A program made the position numbers and the translations under genes. Of a DNA stretch of 64,000 nucleotides, positions 1-12,209 are shown one piece after another. The stretch covers positions 5,240,389 to 5,304,388 of the forward strand of contig CM121343.1 of NCBI GenBank assembly GCA_051530055.1, read 5' to 3'. The notes under the pieces were generated by a model, which searched no databases, was not told the DNA's origin, and saw only the letters and a list, made by a program, of their open reading frames with translations. Numbering within the stretch: the stretch's first letter is position 1; each line of letters starts with the position of its first letter. This DNA comes from Neoechinorhynchus agilis. Lineage: Eukaryota > Animalia > Acanthocephala.

Positions 1-721
1 AAAAACTTACCCCCCGAAATATCAATGATTTTAAAATAAAATTATTTTAATTTCTTCGCGCCAGAAAACAACCATTATTATAAGTTGCCATTTTCCCGTT
101 TCAAGGGAATTTTATGAGCTGCCTATTTAATCTTAACCTCAATCCGATATTAAATTCAGCCTAAGATAAATTCGAAAACGCCGTTTATGTCTCATTGTCA
201 CGCTTTGCAATTCCAAAAGTTGTGTTCAGATTGTACCGAGAACAATGAAAATAGTTCAATGTCACACGTAGCAAGTGGCATGATTAAATCTGTGATTACA
301 CTTGGACTTGTTACCGTCAGCGCTCGAATGCAGTATTTGAGACTGAGTGAATTTTGATGTTTGCTCAGTAAACCCGTAGAGGTTTCCTCATTTTTAGGAT
401 AGCAAAAAATCCATTAATTGTTTTTTTATTATATTTATTACGAAATATTTCACCAGATAACCTCGCCTCATCTCAATCATTCGTCGTTATTAAAAGGCCC
501 GAGATTATGCAAAAATAAGTGTTGTGAAAAATAAACTGGATTTAGGAATTATTGTTTAGGTCTACACGCGGTAAATGATTATTCATTAAAGATGTTTCGA
601 ACCTCGTCGGGTTCATCATCAGTTCTAAAATACAAGTGGATGACCGAATCGACACACAGTCCACCGATTTCGGTCTGGGAAGCACTAGTCTGCGCTCAAT
701 ACCCCAAGACCGTACGGTTAT

Positions 722-923
722 AAGTTTGTACATCCCTCCGGATTCTCAGATACCTCGAGGAAGCGGGACTCATCATTGAGTTTCCTCCCTTCAGTAGTAT
801 TTCGTTCCCTTTGGTTGTGCGTCATCGGCGGTAACCGATTTTGAACCCGTTGACCCAACAAACTGGGATCAGGAGCATTAGTCCACTAGACCGTCTCAGC
901 ACAACTACGGAATGTACAAACTT
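722..923 (-). mobile_element. tRNA-headed, TIR-bounded SINE/MITE-like element with degenerate hammerhead core (copy 1)
   Basis: About 15-bp TIRs (aagtttgtacattcc-type) at both ends. On the minus strand: A-box-like CGGTCTAGTGG, B-box-like GGTTCAAAATC, then gaaa / aatgatga-gtccc / gaggtatc-tgag. Inverted relative to the copy at 1058-1260. Confidence 0.75.
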
Positions 924-1057
924 CGCAACTTTAGCCTTAATGAGCATTTCGATTATAGCATTCTTATGCGTGGCTCAGCCGGTAGTCTTTTTATAGATAT
1001 GTTTATTTTTTCCCATACACGGCCGAATGGACACACGGTCTACCGATTAAAGTTGCG

Positions 1058-1260
1058 AAGTTTGTACATTCCGTAGTTGTGCTGAGATGGTCTAGTGGAC
1101 CAATGCTCCTGATTCCAGTTTGTTGGGTCAACGGGTTCAAATCCGTTACCGCCGACGACGCACAACCGAAGGGGACTTAATACCTCGATGAAGGGAGGAA
1201 ACTCACTGATGAGTCCCGCCTCTTGGAGGTATCTGAGAATCCGGAGGAATGTACAAACTT
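1058..1260 (+). mobile_element. tRNA-headed, TIR-bounded SINE/MITE-like element with degenerate hammerhead core (copy 2)
   Basis: TIRs aagtttgtacattcc (1058-1072) and ggaatgtacaaactt (1246-1260). A box TGGTCTAGTGG at 1088-1098, B box GGTTCAAATCC at 1134-1144. Has ctca-CTGATGA-gtccc and gaggta-TC-tgag, but GAAA is mutated to TTAA. Confidence 0.8.
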
Positions 1261-1777
1261 TTAACCGTGCATTAGAGACTATGCGGTTATACCACTTCTC
1301 TGGTACAATTGGTTTAGCGCTAGGCCTAAAAATAAGCCGGACAAGGAGGGGCAAACTAAAAATTTAATGATTTAAAATTATTGTTTAGGTCTACACCAAT
1401 CAAATGTATTCGTCTATTTTTGCAATGACCCGGTAAATGATTATTTAGAACCCGACAAGGTTCGCAGAACGTCTTTTTAATCGAAATAATCATTTACCGA
1501 GGGTGAAGACTTCTAACCATAATAATTCCAACCACATTCCCCGCTACCTCACATATCGACATTTTTATAAAACTGGATTTTATTTGAGGTCAAATGTGAT
1601 GAACTCTTTTTTAAAAGTTTGGAGTCAATGAATTAAATTTTATTGTTTAGAAGTCTTGAGTTAGTAAATATTTTTTTGCACTATTGGGTCCATAAAGTTT
1701 TTATTCACAACTCGCAATTTCAACCTCCCGCCGCCGCAGACGAAATGAAAGTTTTGAACAAATATACTCTTGAGTGT

Positions 1778-3252
1778 TCACGTGAACTCAATTCCTTCAT
1801 ACTTTATAGAATTTGACAGAACTGTTTCGGGGACCAGAAGTTCGCCATGGACATTGAATAGCGTGTAATAGGTTTTCATGTGGGTATCATCGATTTCCTC
1901 GGTCCTGAGGGCAATGATTAAATTATCGTTTGTTTCAGGGATAAACTTAAAAGACGAAAATCCACGAGCTGGGTCATGGCTTCCAATGGCGATGCTTCGA
2001 ATATTTTTGAAGTTCAAATCGGCTTCAATCATCAAATTAGAGCCTCGCTGCCTGTCCGCCAGCTCGTCGTAACGTTCACTTGAAGTCCGCCGAGGTAAAA
2101 AATACCATTTTTGCTTTAGATCGCTGAATCCAACTGCTTCAAACACCATATATCCAGGATATTGGAAACCTAATTTTGCTCTTATTTTGCCATACTTCTC
2201 TTTCCAATTCAAATGTTCCACAATTCCTTGATGATCTATCGTTTTCACGAACATGGGATTATCGTTCACGTATTCCCCATTTCCCGTTGTCCATTCCTTT
2301 CCAAGACCACCAATGTAAAGTTTCCCATCCTTAACTGTCATCCACTCACATTTAAAGCCCTTTGTTTCATTCAAACCGCTTCCGTCTTTGATAATGATAA
2401 TTGTGTCCGCCGCAAAAGTACTCTCATATTTGCTTCCCGGAAAAACAAAAAAAACCCTAAATTAATTTCGTTTGCCATTCACCGCGAATGATGTCATAGC
2501 AACCTTAGATTCTTTCGGGGATATCCGAGACGAATAAACGAAAATGACGTCAGCGACACAAGTACATTGTACTACTAAAATAACTTTCGGTAAAAGGGCG
2601 GCGTCATCTCTCGTAGAGACCAGTTCAAACACGATTCCGGTTCTGTCGTCACACGTATAGAGTTTCCCGTTGAAAACGGCCAAATCGGACAGTTCAGCGC
2701 CACGGTTTTTGTATTTTCATGGAACATCGGCCCTAAACCCCTAACGAAGACGCTGATGACCCACATTTCTTAACCAAACCCGCTCATGAGTGCACTGGGA
2801 CTCGGTGAGTCCAATACCACACTGACTACACAATTCTCACCGTTAAGAAGACTTGTGAATGATTCAGAGTTGCTCGCTGCCTTTAGAATGGTGCTCGATA
2901 TATTCAAGAATCCTTTATGCATCCAACTGCGGTATCCTTTGTCGCCCACGCTTGAATCGAGGTCCATATCTGCGACAATGGTAATCGCGAACGTAACCAT
3001 TCCATCTTTGTGACGTTTTGGCGGTGTCAATGGATAAACGGAGTTGTACGACGGCGGCCGCCGCCGCCACTGCTGAGATTCGGGTCTCCATACGGTGGCG
3101 TACAAATAAATCAGAATCAATATAGCGATCAAAACGAACTTCCTTCGTTGAATTTGCCTTAAACAAGCTCCCAAGTATGATCGCAAGTCACTAGTCACAA
3201 CACTCATTGGACTACCCTCATCAATCAGGAGAAGCGAATCACCTCTACTCAT
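1778..3252 (-). CDS. CANT1: Soluble calcium-activated nucleotidase / apyrase (CANT1 family), type II membrane N-terminus; 3 exons joined across two apparently non-canonical introns
   Basis: Motifs [58 protein letters not shown] and C-terminal IKYEGIEF. Hydrophobic anchor [17 protein letters not shown]. Start could be the ATG at 3252 or 3207. Confidence 0.93.
2390..2575 (-). other. Candidate non-canonical hairpin intron, 186 nt (apyrase intron 2; junction can slide by up to 3 nt)
   Basis: Contains an in-frame stop. Removal gives KVIL-x-DGSG (family VILxDGxG). Ends pair: aatg/catt plus ttgtgtcgctg/cggcggacacaa. No GT-AG pair gives this product. Confidence 0.6.
2714..2772 (-). other. Candidate non-canonical hairpin intron, 59 nt (apyrase intron 1)
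   Basis: Removal gives [15 protein letters not shown], the same spacing as human LQSHLAEKGRGMELS. No AG lies between the in-frame TGA and the conserved RGxELSD. Ends pair: atgtgggtcatcagc/gccgatgttccat. Confidence 0.72.
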
Positions 3253-3487
3253 ATCAATCTCACCGAGTTTGATTGTAAAGCCACCACAAATGTCCGCCGC
3301 CGTCATCGTCTAAGGGTGTCACCCAAGTAGATATTCCCCTTTCTTTCGTCCCTTCTAAACTCGGTTTGAATACTAGTCAAATGAGAAAAGAACGCTGGAG
3401 ATTATGATTGGTTAAAGATGTGCTAGTTGAAGACTCATTCACTTCTAACTTTGCTCAATATCTTCAAAGATTTAATAGCTACACGAT

Positions 3488-4210
3488 ATGAACGATTCGG
3501 CAATCGACCAATCAGCAGACGAAATCAGAAACAACGATGAAGAAAAATCCACTTCCCCGTGTTTACCCATTCAAAATGCGTCTAAAGAACGCGAACACTT
3601 AGCCAATAACGTCGTAATTGAGTCTCTAGTTGACGACGAAATCGATTGCGGACTAAAAGGTTCGACCGAATGCACGTGAAATTAAGTGAAATTTTTAAGG
3701 TTCAGTGAATGCACCTGAGATTCTCGGCATTCCAAAGGACGAAGGAATGATGCTTCAAACAAATTCTGCCTCAAATAAATCATTAGACATTGACGATTTC
3801 GAAGATGAAACGATTGAAGAACGATTAGCCGCATTAGTAGATGCTTTTCCGCCTAGATTGGTCCATTTGATCCGTGATACTTTCAATTCCGCGGCCAGCG
3901 TATCGTCCGTCGCAATCCGTTTTGCCAAAAAAAGTGAGCACTGCTACTATTTCGGTTGATCTTAACCTCAAAATGTAGCTTTATGGATAGCTTCAACTTC
4001 TTTCACTATTCTCGTCCTCCCTGTGCTGTTTGAGACCGAAATGAACGCTATTAATGAACAATACTCAAATGAAGTCAGACAAGTAAGTGTTTCCTTTCAG
4101 CACAAAGCTCACCAATCCACCATCAGATGATGCTTGGACCTGCAGCCGCAGCCGTATCCTCGGGATCTATGGTCCCGTCTTTTGCTACAAATGCGCTTTC
4201 AAGACAGTAG
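3488..4210 (+). CDS. TOMM22: Mitochondrial import receptor Tom22, 4 exons with GT-AG introns
   Basis: Acidic DDFEDETIEERLAAL..FP followed by LWIASTSFTILVLPVLFETE, with canonical gtgagc..tgtag and gtaagt..atcag introns. Confidence 0.92.
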
Positions 4211-4444
4211 ATCCTAATTGACAACGACAACTTGTTTCAATAATATCATAATTATTATTAAAGACATTTTCGCCCATTGGTTAAACGGATTACCTTTTGT
4301 GTCAAAAAACAATCCCAGATTATTACGATGTTCACTTTTTTTTGAAATGTTCTCTCTTCTTATATGTGACTCAGTCCGTAGTCTATTTATCGATAATTAT
4401 AAGATTATCCGTTTTTTATCATGGTGGTCACGAAAGCGCTGGTC

Positions 4445-4531
4445 GGCGCTTCTCCTCCCTTCAATAAGCTATTTCGTGCCATCGGCGATTCGAACCCGTT
4501 GAACCATCCCAATTAAGGTCAACGGGTTCGA
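4445..4531 (-). mobile_element. Relic of the tRNA-headed hammerhead element with a 13-bp inverted repeat
   Basis: Minus strand reads gggttcgaatcg..ggcacgaaatagcttattgaagggaggag. tcgaacccgttga/tcaacgggttcga form a hairpin. Lies just before the 229-bp satellite. Confidence 0.5.
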
Positions 4532-4559
4532 GATGCATGTTTATACCAACCTTGATAAA

Positions 4560-7500
4560 GTCATGAGATTGTACCGAAATATATGAGATTTAACCAAAAT
4601 TCCTTCAACTTCTCTTGAATCCCAAAAATCCTGCAAGAACGAATCTTCTTTTTTTAGTCGGAATAAACGTTCCGGATTTCCTATCATCTAAATTTTTTTA
4701 GGAAAAATCTCTGCTTCACATCTCAAAAATTGTCTCTATATTCCAGTGACAAAATTTAAAAAATTTATCCGAAAACAACTTTGGAAAAGGCATGAGATTG
4801 TACCGAAATATATGAGATTTAACCAAAATTCCTTCAACTTCTCTTGAATCCCAAAAATCCTGCAAGAACGAATCTTCTTTTTTTAGTTGGAATAAACGTT
4901 CCGGATTTCCCATCATCTAAATTTTTTTAGGAAAAATCTCTGCTTCACATCTCGAAAATTGTTTCTATATTCCAGTGACAAAATTAAAAGAATTTATCCG
5001 AAAACAACTTTGAAAAAGTCATGAGATTGTACCGAAATATATGAGATTTAACCAAAATTCCTTCAACTTCTCTTGAATCCCAAAAATCCTGCAAGAACGA
5101 ATCTTCTTTTTTTAGTCGGAATAAACGTTCCGGATTTCCCATCATCTAAATTTTTTTAAGAAAAATCTCTACTTCACATCTCGAAAATTGTTTCTATATT
5201 CCAGTGACAAAATTTAAAAAATTTATCCGAAAACAACTTTGAAAAAGTCATGAGATTGTACCGAAATATATGAGATTTAACCAAAATTCCTTCAACTTCT
5301 CTTGAATCCCAAAAATCCTGCAAGAACGAATCTTCTTTTTTTAGTTGGAATAAACGTTCCGGATTTCCCATCATCTAAATTTTTTAGGAAAAATCTCTGC
5401 TTCACATCACGAAAATTGTTTCTATATTCCAGTGACAAAATTTAAAAAATTTATCCGAAAACAACTTTGAAAAAGTCATGAGATTGTACCGAAATATATG
5501 AGATTTAACCAAAATTCCTTCAACTTCTCTTGAATCCCAAAAATCCTGCAAGAACGAATCTTCTTTTTTTAGTTGGAATAAACGTTCCGGATTTCCCATC
5601 ATCTAAATTTTTTTAGGAAAAATTCTCTGATTCAAAACGCAAAAATTTCTCTCATCAAAATTGTTTCTATATTCCAGTGACAAAATTTAAAAAATTTATC
5701 CGAAAACAACTTTGAAAAAGGCATGAGATTGTACCGAAATATATGAGATTTAACCAAAATTCCTTCAACTTCTCTTGAATCCCAAAAATCCTGCAAGAAC
5801 GAATCTTCTTTTTTTAGTCGGAATAAACGTTCCGGATTTCCCATCATCTAAATTTTTTTAAGAAAAATCTCTGCTTCACATCACGAAAATTGTCTCTATA
5901 TTCCAGTGACAAAATTTAAAAAATTTATCCGAAAACAACTTTGGAAAAGGCATGAGATTGTACCGAAATATATGAGATTTAACCAAAATTCCTTCAACTT
6001 CTCTTGAATCCCAAAAATCCTGCAAGAACGAATCTTCTTTTTTTAGTCGGAATAAACGTTCCGGATTTCCCATCATCTAAATTTTTTAGGAAAAATCTCT
6101 GCTTCACATCACGAAAATTGTTTCTATATTCCAGTGACAAAATTTAAAATTTATCCGAAAACAACTTTGGAAAAGGCATGAGATTGTACCGAAATATATG
6201 AGATTTAACCAAAATTCCTTCAACTTCTTGAATCCCAAAATCCTGCAAGAACGAATCTTCTTTTTTTAGTCGGAATAAACGTTCCGGATTTCCCATCATC
6301 TAAATTTTTTTAGGAAAAATCTCTGCTTCACATCACGAAAATTGTTTCTATATTCCAGTGACAAAATTTAAAAAATTTATCCGAAAACAACTTTGGAAAA
6401 GGCATGAGATTGTACCGAAATATATGAGATTTAACCAAAATTCCTTCAACTTCTCTTGAATCCCAAAAATCCTGCAAGAACGAATCTTCTTTTTTTAGTC
6501 GGAATAAACGTTCCGGATTTCCCATCATCTAAATTTTTTTAGGAAAAATCTCTGCTTCACATCACGAAAATTGTTTCTATATTCCAGTGACAAAATTTAA
6601 AAAATTTATCCGAAAACAACTTTGGAAAAGGCATGAGATTGTACCGAAATATATGAGATTTAACCAAAATTCCTTCAACTTCTCTTGAATCCCAAAAATC
6701 CTGCAAGAACGAATCTTCTTTTTTTAGTCGGAATAAACGTTCCGGATTTCCCATCATCTAAATTTTTTTAAGAAAAATCTCTACTTCACATCACGAAAAT
6801 TGTCTCTATATTCCAGTGACAAAATTTAAAAAATTTATCCGAAAACAACTTTGAAAAAGGCATGAGATTGTACCGAAATATATGAGATTTAACCAAAATT
6901 CCTTCAACTTCTCTTGAATCCCAAAAATCCTGCAAGAACGAATCTTCTTTTTTTAGTCGGAATAAACGTTCCGGATTTCCCATCATCTAAATTTTTTTAG
7001 GAAAAATCTCTGCTTCACATCACGAAAATTGTCTCTATATTCCAGTGACAAAATTTAAAAAATTTATCCGAAAACAACTTTGATAAAGGCATGAGATTGT
7101 ACCGAAATATATGAGATTTAACCAAAATTCCTTCAACTTCTCTTGAATCCCAAAAATCCTGCAAGAACGAATCTTCTTTTTTTAGTCGGAATAAACGTTC
7201 CGGATTTCCCATCATCTAAATTTTTTTAAGAAAAATCTCTACTTCACATCACGAAAATTGTCTCTATATTCCAGTGACAAAATTTAAAAAATTTATCCGA
7301 AAACAACTTTGGAAAAGGCATGAGATTGTACCGAAATATATGAGATTTAACCAAAATTCCTTCAACTTCTCTTGAATCCCAAAAATCCTGCAAGAACGAA
7401 TCTTCTTTTTTTAGTCGGAATAAACGTTCCGGATTTCCCATCATCTAAATTTTTTTAGGAAAAATCTCTGCTTCACATCACGAAAATTGTTTCTATATTC

Positions 7501-7755
7501 CAGTGACAAAATTTAAAAAATTTATCCGAAAACAACTTTGGAAAAGGCATGAGATTGTACCGAAATATATGAGATTTAACCAAAATTCCTTCAACTTCTC
7601 TTGAATCCCAAAAATCCTGCAAGAACGAATCTTCTTTTTTTAGTCGGAATATACGTTTCGGATTTCCCATCATCTAAATTTTTTTAGGAAAAATCTCTGC
7701 TTCACATCTCGAAAATTGTTTCTATATTCCAGTGACAAAATTAAAAGAATTTATT
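4560..7755. repeat. AT-rich tandem satellite, ~229-bp unit, ~14 copies
   Basis: The unit start catgagattgtaccgaaat recurs at about 4562, 4791, 5020, 5249, 5477, 5722, 5951, 6177, 6403, 6632, 6861, 7090, 7319 and 7548. This explains the repeated 66-aa ORFs. Confidence 0.97.
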
Positions 7756-8158
7756 GATTCGAATATTTCGGCAAGGGACAATCTTGTACGCCTTTTGATC
7801 AAGGTTGCCTGTAAGTTTTTAAATATGTGATTTTTGATAAACGCGTACAAGATTGTGCGTCGGAAATATTGGAACCAATAAATCCTTTTAATTTTTCGAG
7901 CCAGATACAAACATGAAAAAAATCAATCTTGGAACATCTCAAGGATTCTAAAAGTTCATACTTAATTAATGGTTTCAAAACAAGTCGAACTCATTTTATA
8001 GAACCAATAGAGAGACTGTATTTCCAATCGATTATTTGGGTTGATCTCATTTAATACGTTCTTCGAAAACCAAGTTGATAGGTATTGTGAGTTCTTCTTA
8101 AGACTAAGCAAATCACATTTCTAAAATTCTATCGAATTGTTACTTCGAGTGGATTTGT

Positions 8159-8277
8159 ATTCTCAATGGCGAATCTGTAGTCGTAAACACTTGCAAACAA
8201 TGCTCGAGAAGGATGGCTGAGGCTCGCAAGTTTGAGTTCAATAAAACTCGAGTGTGTTACGATTCGCCATTGAGAAT
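8159..8277. mobile_element. MITE-like element, 17-bp TIRs
   Basis: TIRs attctcaatggcgaatc / gattcgccattgagaat. Internal cgtaaacacttgcaaacaat is shared with the 19.8-kb palindrome. Confidence 0.65.
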
Positions 8278-8652
8278 TTCTAAAATTGTTGTTTGAATTT
8301 TCCTAGTAAATCCTAAATCAGCGGAAGAAAGATGTCACAAAATCCGGACGATTCCCTAGGAACGTTTTTATGGAGCGATTTCGGTGGGGACCGTCAGGAC
8401 TTTTTGTTCGCTTTTATATGTAACTGTATGAGTAATGGAATGTTGAGCATTTAACCTTTGTTCAATTCGTCATGAGCTATGAGTCTTATGCAATGTCTTG
8501 GGTCAAAACCCAAAAGTGGTTTTTATGCTACCGAACTGTCTCCTAATTTGCGGATCCAAAGACGAAGTAGCACTTTTCTCTTAAGTCCTCGACTTGTTTC
8601 ACAATTCAACCTTTTAGGACCTTTTTTTTAAAAGAAATCACTATTATTTGAA

Positions 8653-8800
8653 TACACCCGCGGTAAATGATTTCTTTTCGATTAAAAGATGTTCTTCGGA
8701 CCTCACCGGCGGTTCATCATTTCAGTTTGTTTGTAATAGACGATTTCGATGGACTATAAAACCTCTTTTAATCGAAAAGAAATCATTTACTGCGCGTGTA
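8653..8800. mobile_element. MITE-like element, ~37-bp TIRs; related arms at ~559-600, ~1430-1512 and ~53622-53683
   Basis: TIRs tacacccgcggtaaatgatttcttttcgattaaaaga / tcttttaatcgaaaagaaatcatttactgcgcgtgta. The cggtaaatgatt / aatcatttaccg motif recurs at the listed sites. Confidence 0.7.
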
Positions 8801-9241
8801 GACTTCTAAACAATAATAATTCTCTAATCATCGCCACATATCGACATTTTTAGAATCTTTTTCGAGTCAGATCTTAAGTGTGTCTTCATTTTAGTGTTAA
8901 ATTTAAAAAAAGGAACTCGGCTCCTGAATCTCTCATGTCTTAGAGATTTCCTTTTATCCACCGGTGGTCCTTTGTATTGCTGGACCGACGAGATTGTCCT
9001 CAAAGTACTGTTTACTGTATGATGATAGATGTGCATTATCCAGCAGAATTGTCAAATTTGATTAAGAATGTCCGAAATTTCTTATCTTCTTCATTAAGTG
9101 TTTAACTAAAAAAATCTAGGCACTTTTGTGATTTCGATTCTGTTTTTCTGTGATTAGATGATTTTCAATCATCCCAAAAATAGACATCTTTATAGTCACA
9201 AAAAATGACACATTTTAATGTAAAGAAATTATTATAGTTTC

Positions 9242-9378
9242 AATTAACGATGTTTGATTCAGAAATAGATCGATATATTGAAAATTTTCAACTTACAAAC
9301 AATTGACTGAAGAAGGCCAACGAAAAGGCTGAAAATTTCCAATATATAGATCTATTTCTGGATCAAACATCGTTAATT
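9242..9378 (+). repeat. Long imperfect palindrome with a hammerhead-like core (CTGAAGA..GAAA) at the loop / 3' arm boundary
   Basis: ~48-bp arms aattaacgatgtttgat../..atcaaacatcgttaatt. The sequence ctgaaga-a-ggcc-aacgaaa-a-ggct-gaaa lies at ~9307-9334. A similar motif is at ~32085-32120. Confidence 0.55.
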
Positions 9379-9771
9379 AAAACTGAAACCTTTTTTATTT
9401 GTTAACTACGGTATAAATCGCTCTCAAGTTCAGCTATTAGAATGACCGGTGCAAATGGGGATAAGGTTTTAGCTTGTTTACTTGGTGGGGGTTTTAATAT
9501 TTGGTGAGGACAATTTTCAAGAATTTCGTTGTATGTCATAGTTCTTTGCGATGAATCAACATACCTCTATTTTTCGTTAAATAACTGGAGCACTTTGACA
9601 ACCGTTGCATTTTCGTTATACAAAAGCCGGCTTTCAAAGTCTCGTTTCTTCCACTAACATGCTTCCATTCTGCACTACTTCGTAATAAAGAGTTCCAAAT
9701 GGCTTTTATCCGGTTCTAATTTTTCTTCTGAGAACTCTGCTGACCTCTATCTTATAAATTGCAGAGAGAAG

Positions 9772-12209
9772 ATGAGCAGTGGTTCTAGAATTCGTGTAAA
9801 TACCACTGAGGGTAGCCGGGATTCTAAGGAATTGTTGTCGTACTATTACGATAATGTTCGTACAATGTATGAAGCTTTCTTCATGGGTGCCACATTCGCT
9901 AAAAGGTCGAACGGTGAGTTCATTTAATGATTAAATCCAACGATCCATACGAATAGCTCACTGTTGCATTTTTTGTTTGGTTTAGGCGATGAAAGAGCAC
10001 TGGGCTACCGCCCAAAGACGGCTAAGGGCACGGAGGTGTTGGACGTTTTTGTCTGGATAACGTATGATGAAATGCTCCAACGTGCCAATGCTCTTTCGAC
10101 TGCTTTAATACGAAGTTTATCCGTGGCTATTGGTCAGAAAACCATGATTGGGATCTTCAGTCAGAATTGTCCTGAATGGATGATAACTGCATTGGCCTGC
10201 TATTTGCAAAGTTGGGTCATCGTACCTCTTTACAGTACGGCGACCGATGAGTCGCTGGCTCATATCTGCAGCCAATGTGACCTTCGAATATGTTTTGCTA
10301 AAACCAATAACGACATAAAACGACTGGTGGATTTGGTCTCCGAAAGGAAAACGGTTCTTAAATGTATAATAAGCTACGATGATGAATCATTAAATGTGGA
10401 CATTAAAACGAGAGCCGCTGAGCTTGGGATAGTCGTGATGACATTGAACGAGATCGTTAATGACAAGATTGATGACTTCGAGCAACACAATCCGCCCAAT
10501 CCGGATGATTTGATTATTATTTGCTATACGAGTGGTACAACGGGAACTCCAAAAGGAGTCATGCTTACCCACACGAATATGATGAGCACGGTATCGGTAC
10601 AGACTGATTGGCTGCATATGATTGATGAGCCCGGAAATGAGTTTTATTTATCATACCTTCCTTTAAGTTCTAATGGGCTTCTGAGAGGGAGAGAACAAAT
10701 GATTTGTGGAAGTCCATTATCGAACGCGTAGCTCACATCTTAGAGTTTAGCTTGGAAAACTTGTGTCTATGCAATGGATACAAAATCGGTTATTTCAGCG
10801 GTGATGTCAAAAACCTAAGCAATGATATAAAACTATTTCGCCCTACTCTAATGGCTACAGTACCAAGAGTTCTGAGCAGAATTTACGCTGATGTAAAGAC
10901 CAAGACGTCGCTTAGTAAACTTGGGATATTCAGGTACGTTGTTTTCAAACTTGCATACCGATCCAAGTTAAAGCAACTCACAAAAGCAGCATCCAATAAA
11001 GATCGTTTTATTCCTCCTTCGCTTTCACGCATCCCAAAAAGGCCACCGACTGGTTGGTTATCGACCAACGTGAAACCGCACAAATTTGGATGGGCAGACA
11101 AAGTATTGTCTCCTATATATTCTCAATTTGGAGGAAGACTAAAACTGCTCTTAGTGGGAAGCTCGGCTACCATTCCTGAAGTACTACAATTCATAAAAGT
11201 TGTCATAGGATGTCCTACGATTGAAGGGTATGGACAAACGGAGTGTTGTGGAGCTTCACATAGTCAACCGTTCTTTGATATGACAACCGGAAATGTTGGG
11301 CCAGTGTTAAGATGTTGTAGGATGAAGTTAGTTGACGTTTCCGACATGATTATGAATCAGGACGCTGCACATGACAATGGAACTTACGGTGAATTATGTA
11401 TCAAGGGAACAAACGTCTTTAAGGGATATTATAAAGACAAACGAACAACCGATTTGGTCATTGATGAGGACGGATGGTTGCATACTGGTGATATAGCGAA
11501 ACTTGATCCAAACACCAATTGTGTTTCCATAGTCGAGAGAAAAAATGAAATATTCAAATTATCTCAGGTAAAACTACTTCCTTAGTTTCTTTATGAATCA
11601 TCTTTCAAAGGGCGAATTCATTGTACCAAACAAAGTAGAATCTATTTATCAACTTTGCGATATTGTACATCAGTGTCTTGTCTATGGTGAATCAATGAGG
11701 AATTTCACAGTTGCAATTATTGTCCCTGAAAAAGAAATATTGCTTAAATACGCATATAAACAAAATTTGATCTCCAAAATTGAATTGAACCAAATCAAGT
11801 CGAGTTCCGCGAGCAGTGCATTCGTACGACTGTGTAAAAACAAGGTTTGCAAGCACCTTTTCCATAAAACACAAATCTGTACTTTATGATGATGATGGCC
11901 TTTTTAAAGCCAAAATGCATTCCCATTGCCAAGTCGGACTTTGACAACGGCAATTCATAGCTTAGTTCTGTCGTCCTGGGGTTATCCAGCTCCCTTCTTT
12001 AGGAAATAAATGGTATGGTAATATCGATTCTGAACGCACAAGCGGCCATATCTCAGTTAAATGGATTTGAACGAGCTAAGCGGATCTACTTGCACCCTGA
12101 GCCGTTGACGATAACAGACGGATTTCTCACACCTACAATGAAAATAAGGAGAAGTGCTTGTATTAAATACTTCCGCAAGGAAATTGATACCATGTACAAA
12201 GATAGTTAA
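9772..12209 (+). CDS. ACSL: Long-chain fatty acyl-CoA synthetase (ACSL family), 5 exons with GT-AG introns
   Basis: Motifs ICYTSGTTGTPKGVMLTH, YLSYLPL.HILE, EGYGQTE, DGWLHTGDIA and KLSQGEFIVP. All four introns have GT-AG solutions. Confidence 0.95.

Noticed and set aside
1081-1150. Possible tRNA gene
   Set aside because: A and B boxes are present, but the T-stem has a mismatch and there is no proper acceptor or anticodon stem; treated as a tRNA-derived head.
4716-7673. Repeated 66-aa ORFs (MMGNPERLF...)
   Set aside because: By-product of the 229-bp satellite; no domain, and some units are frameshifted.
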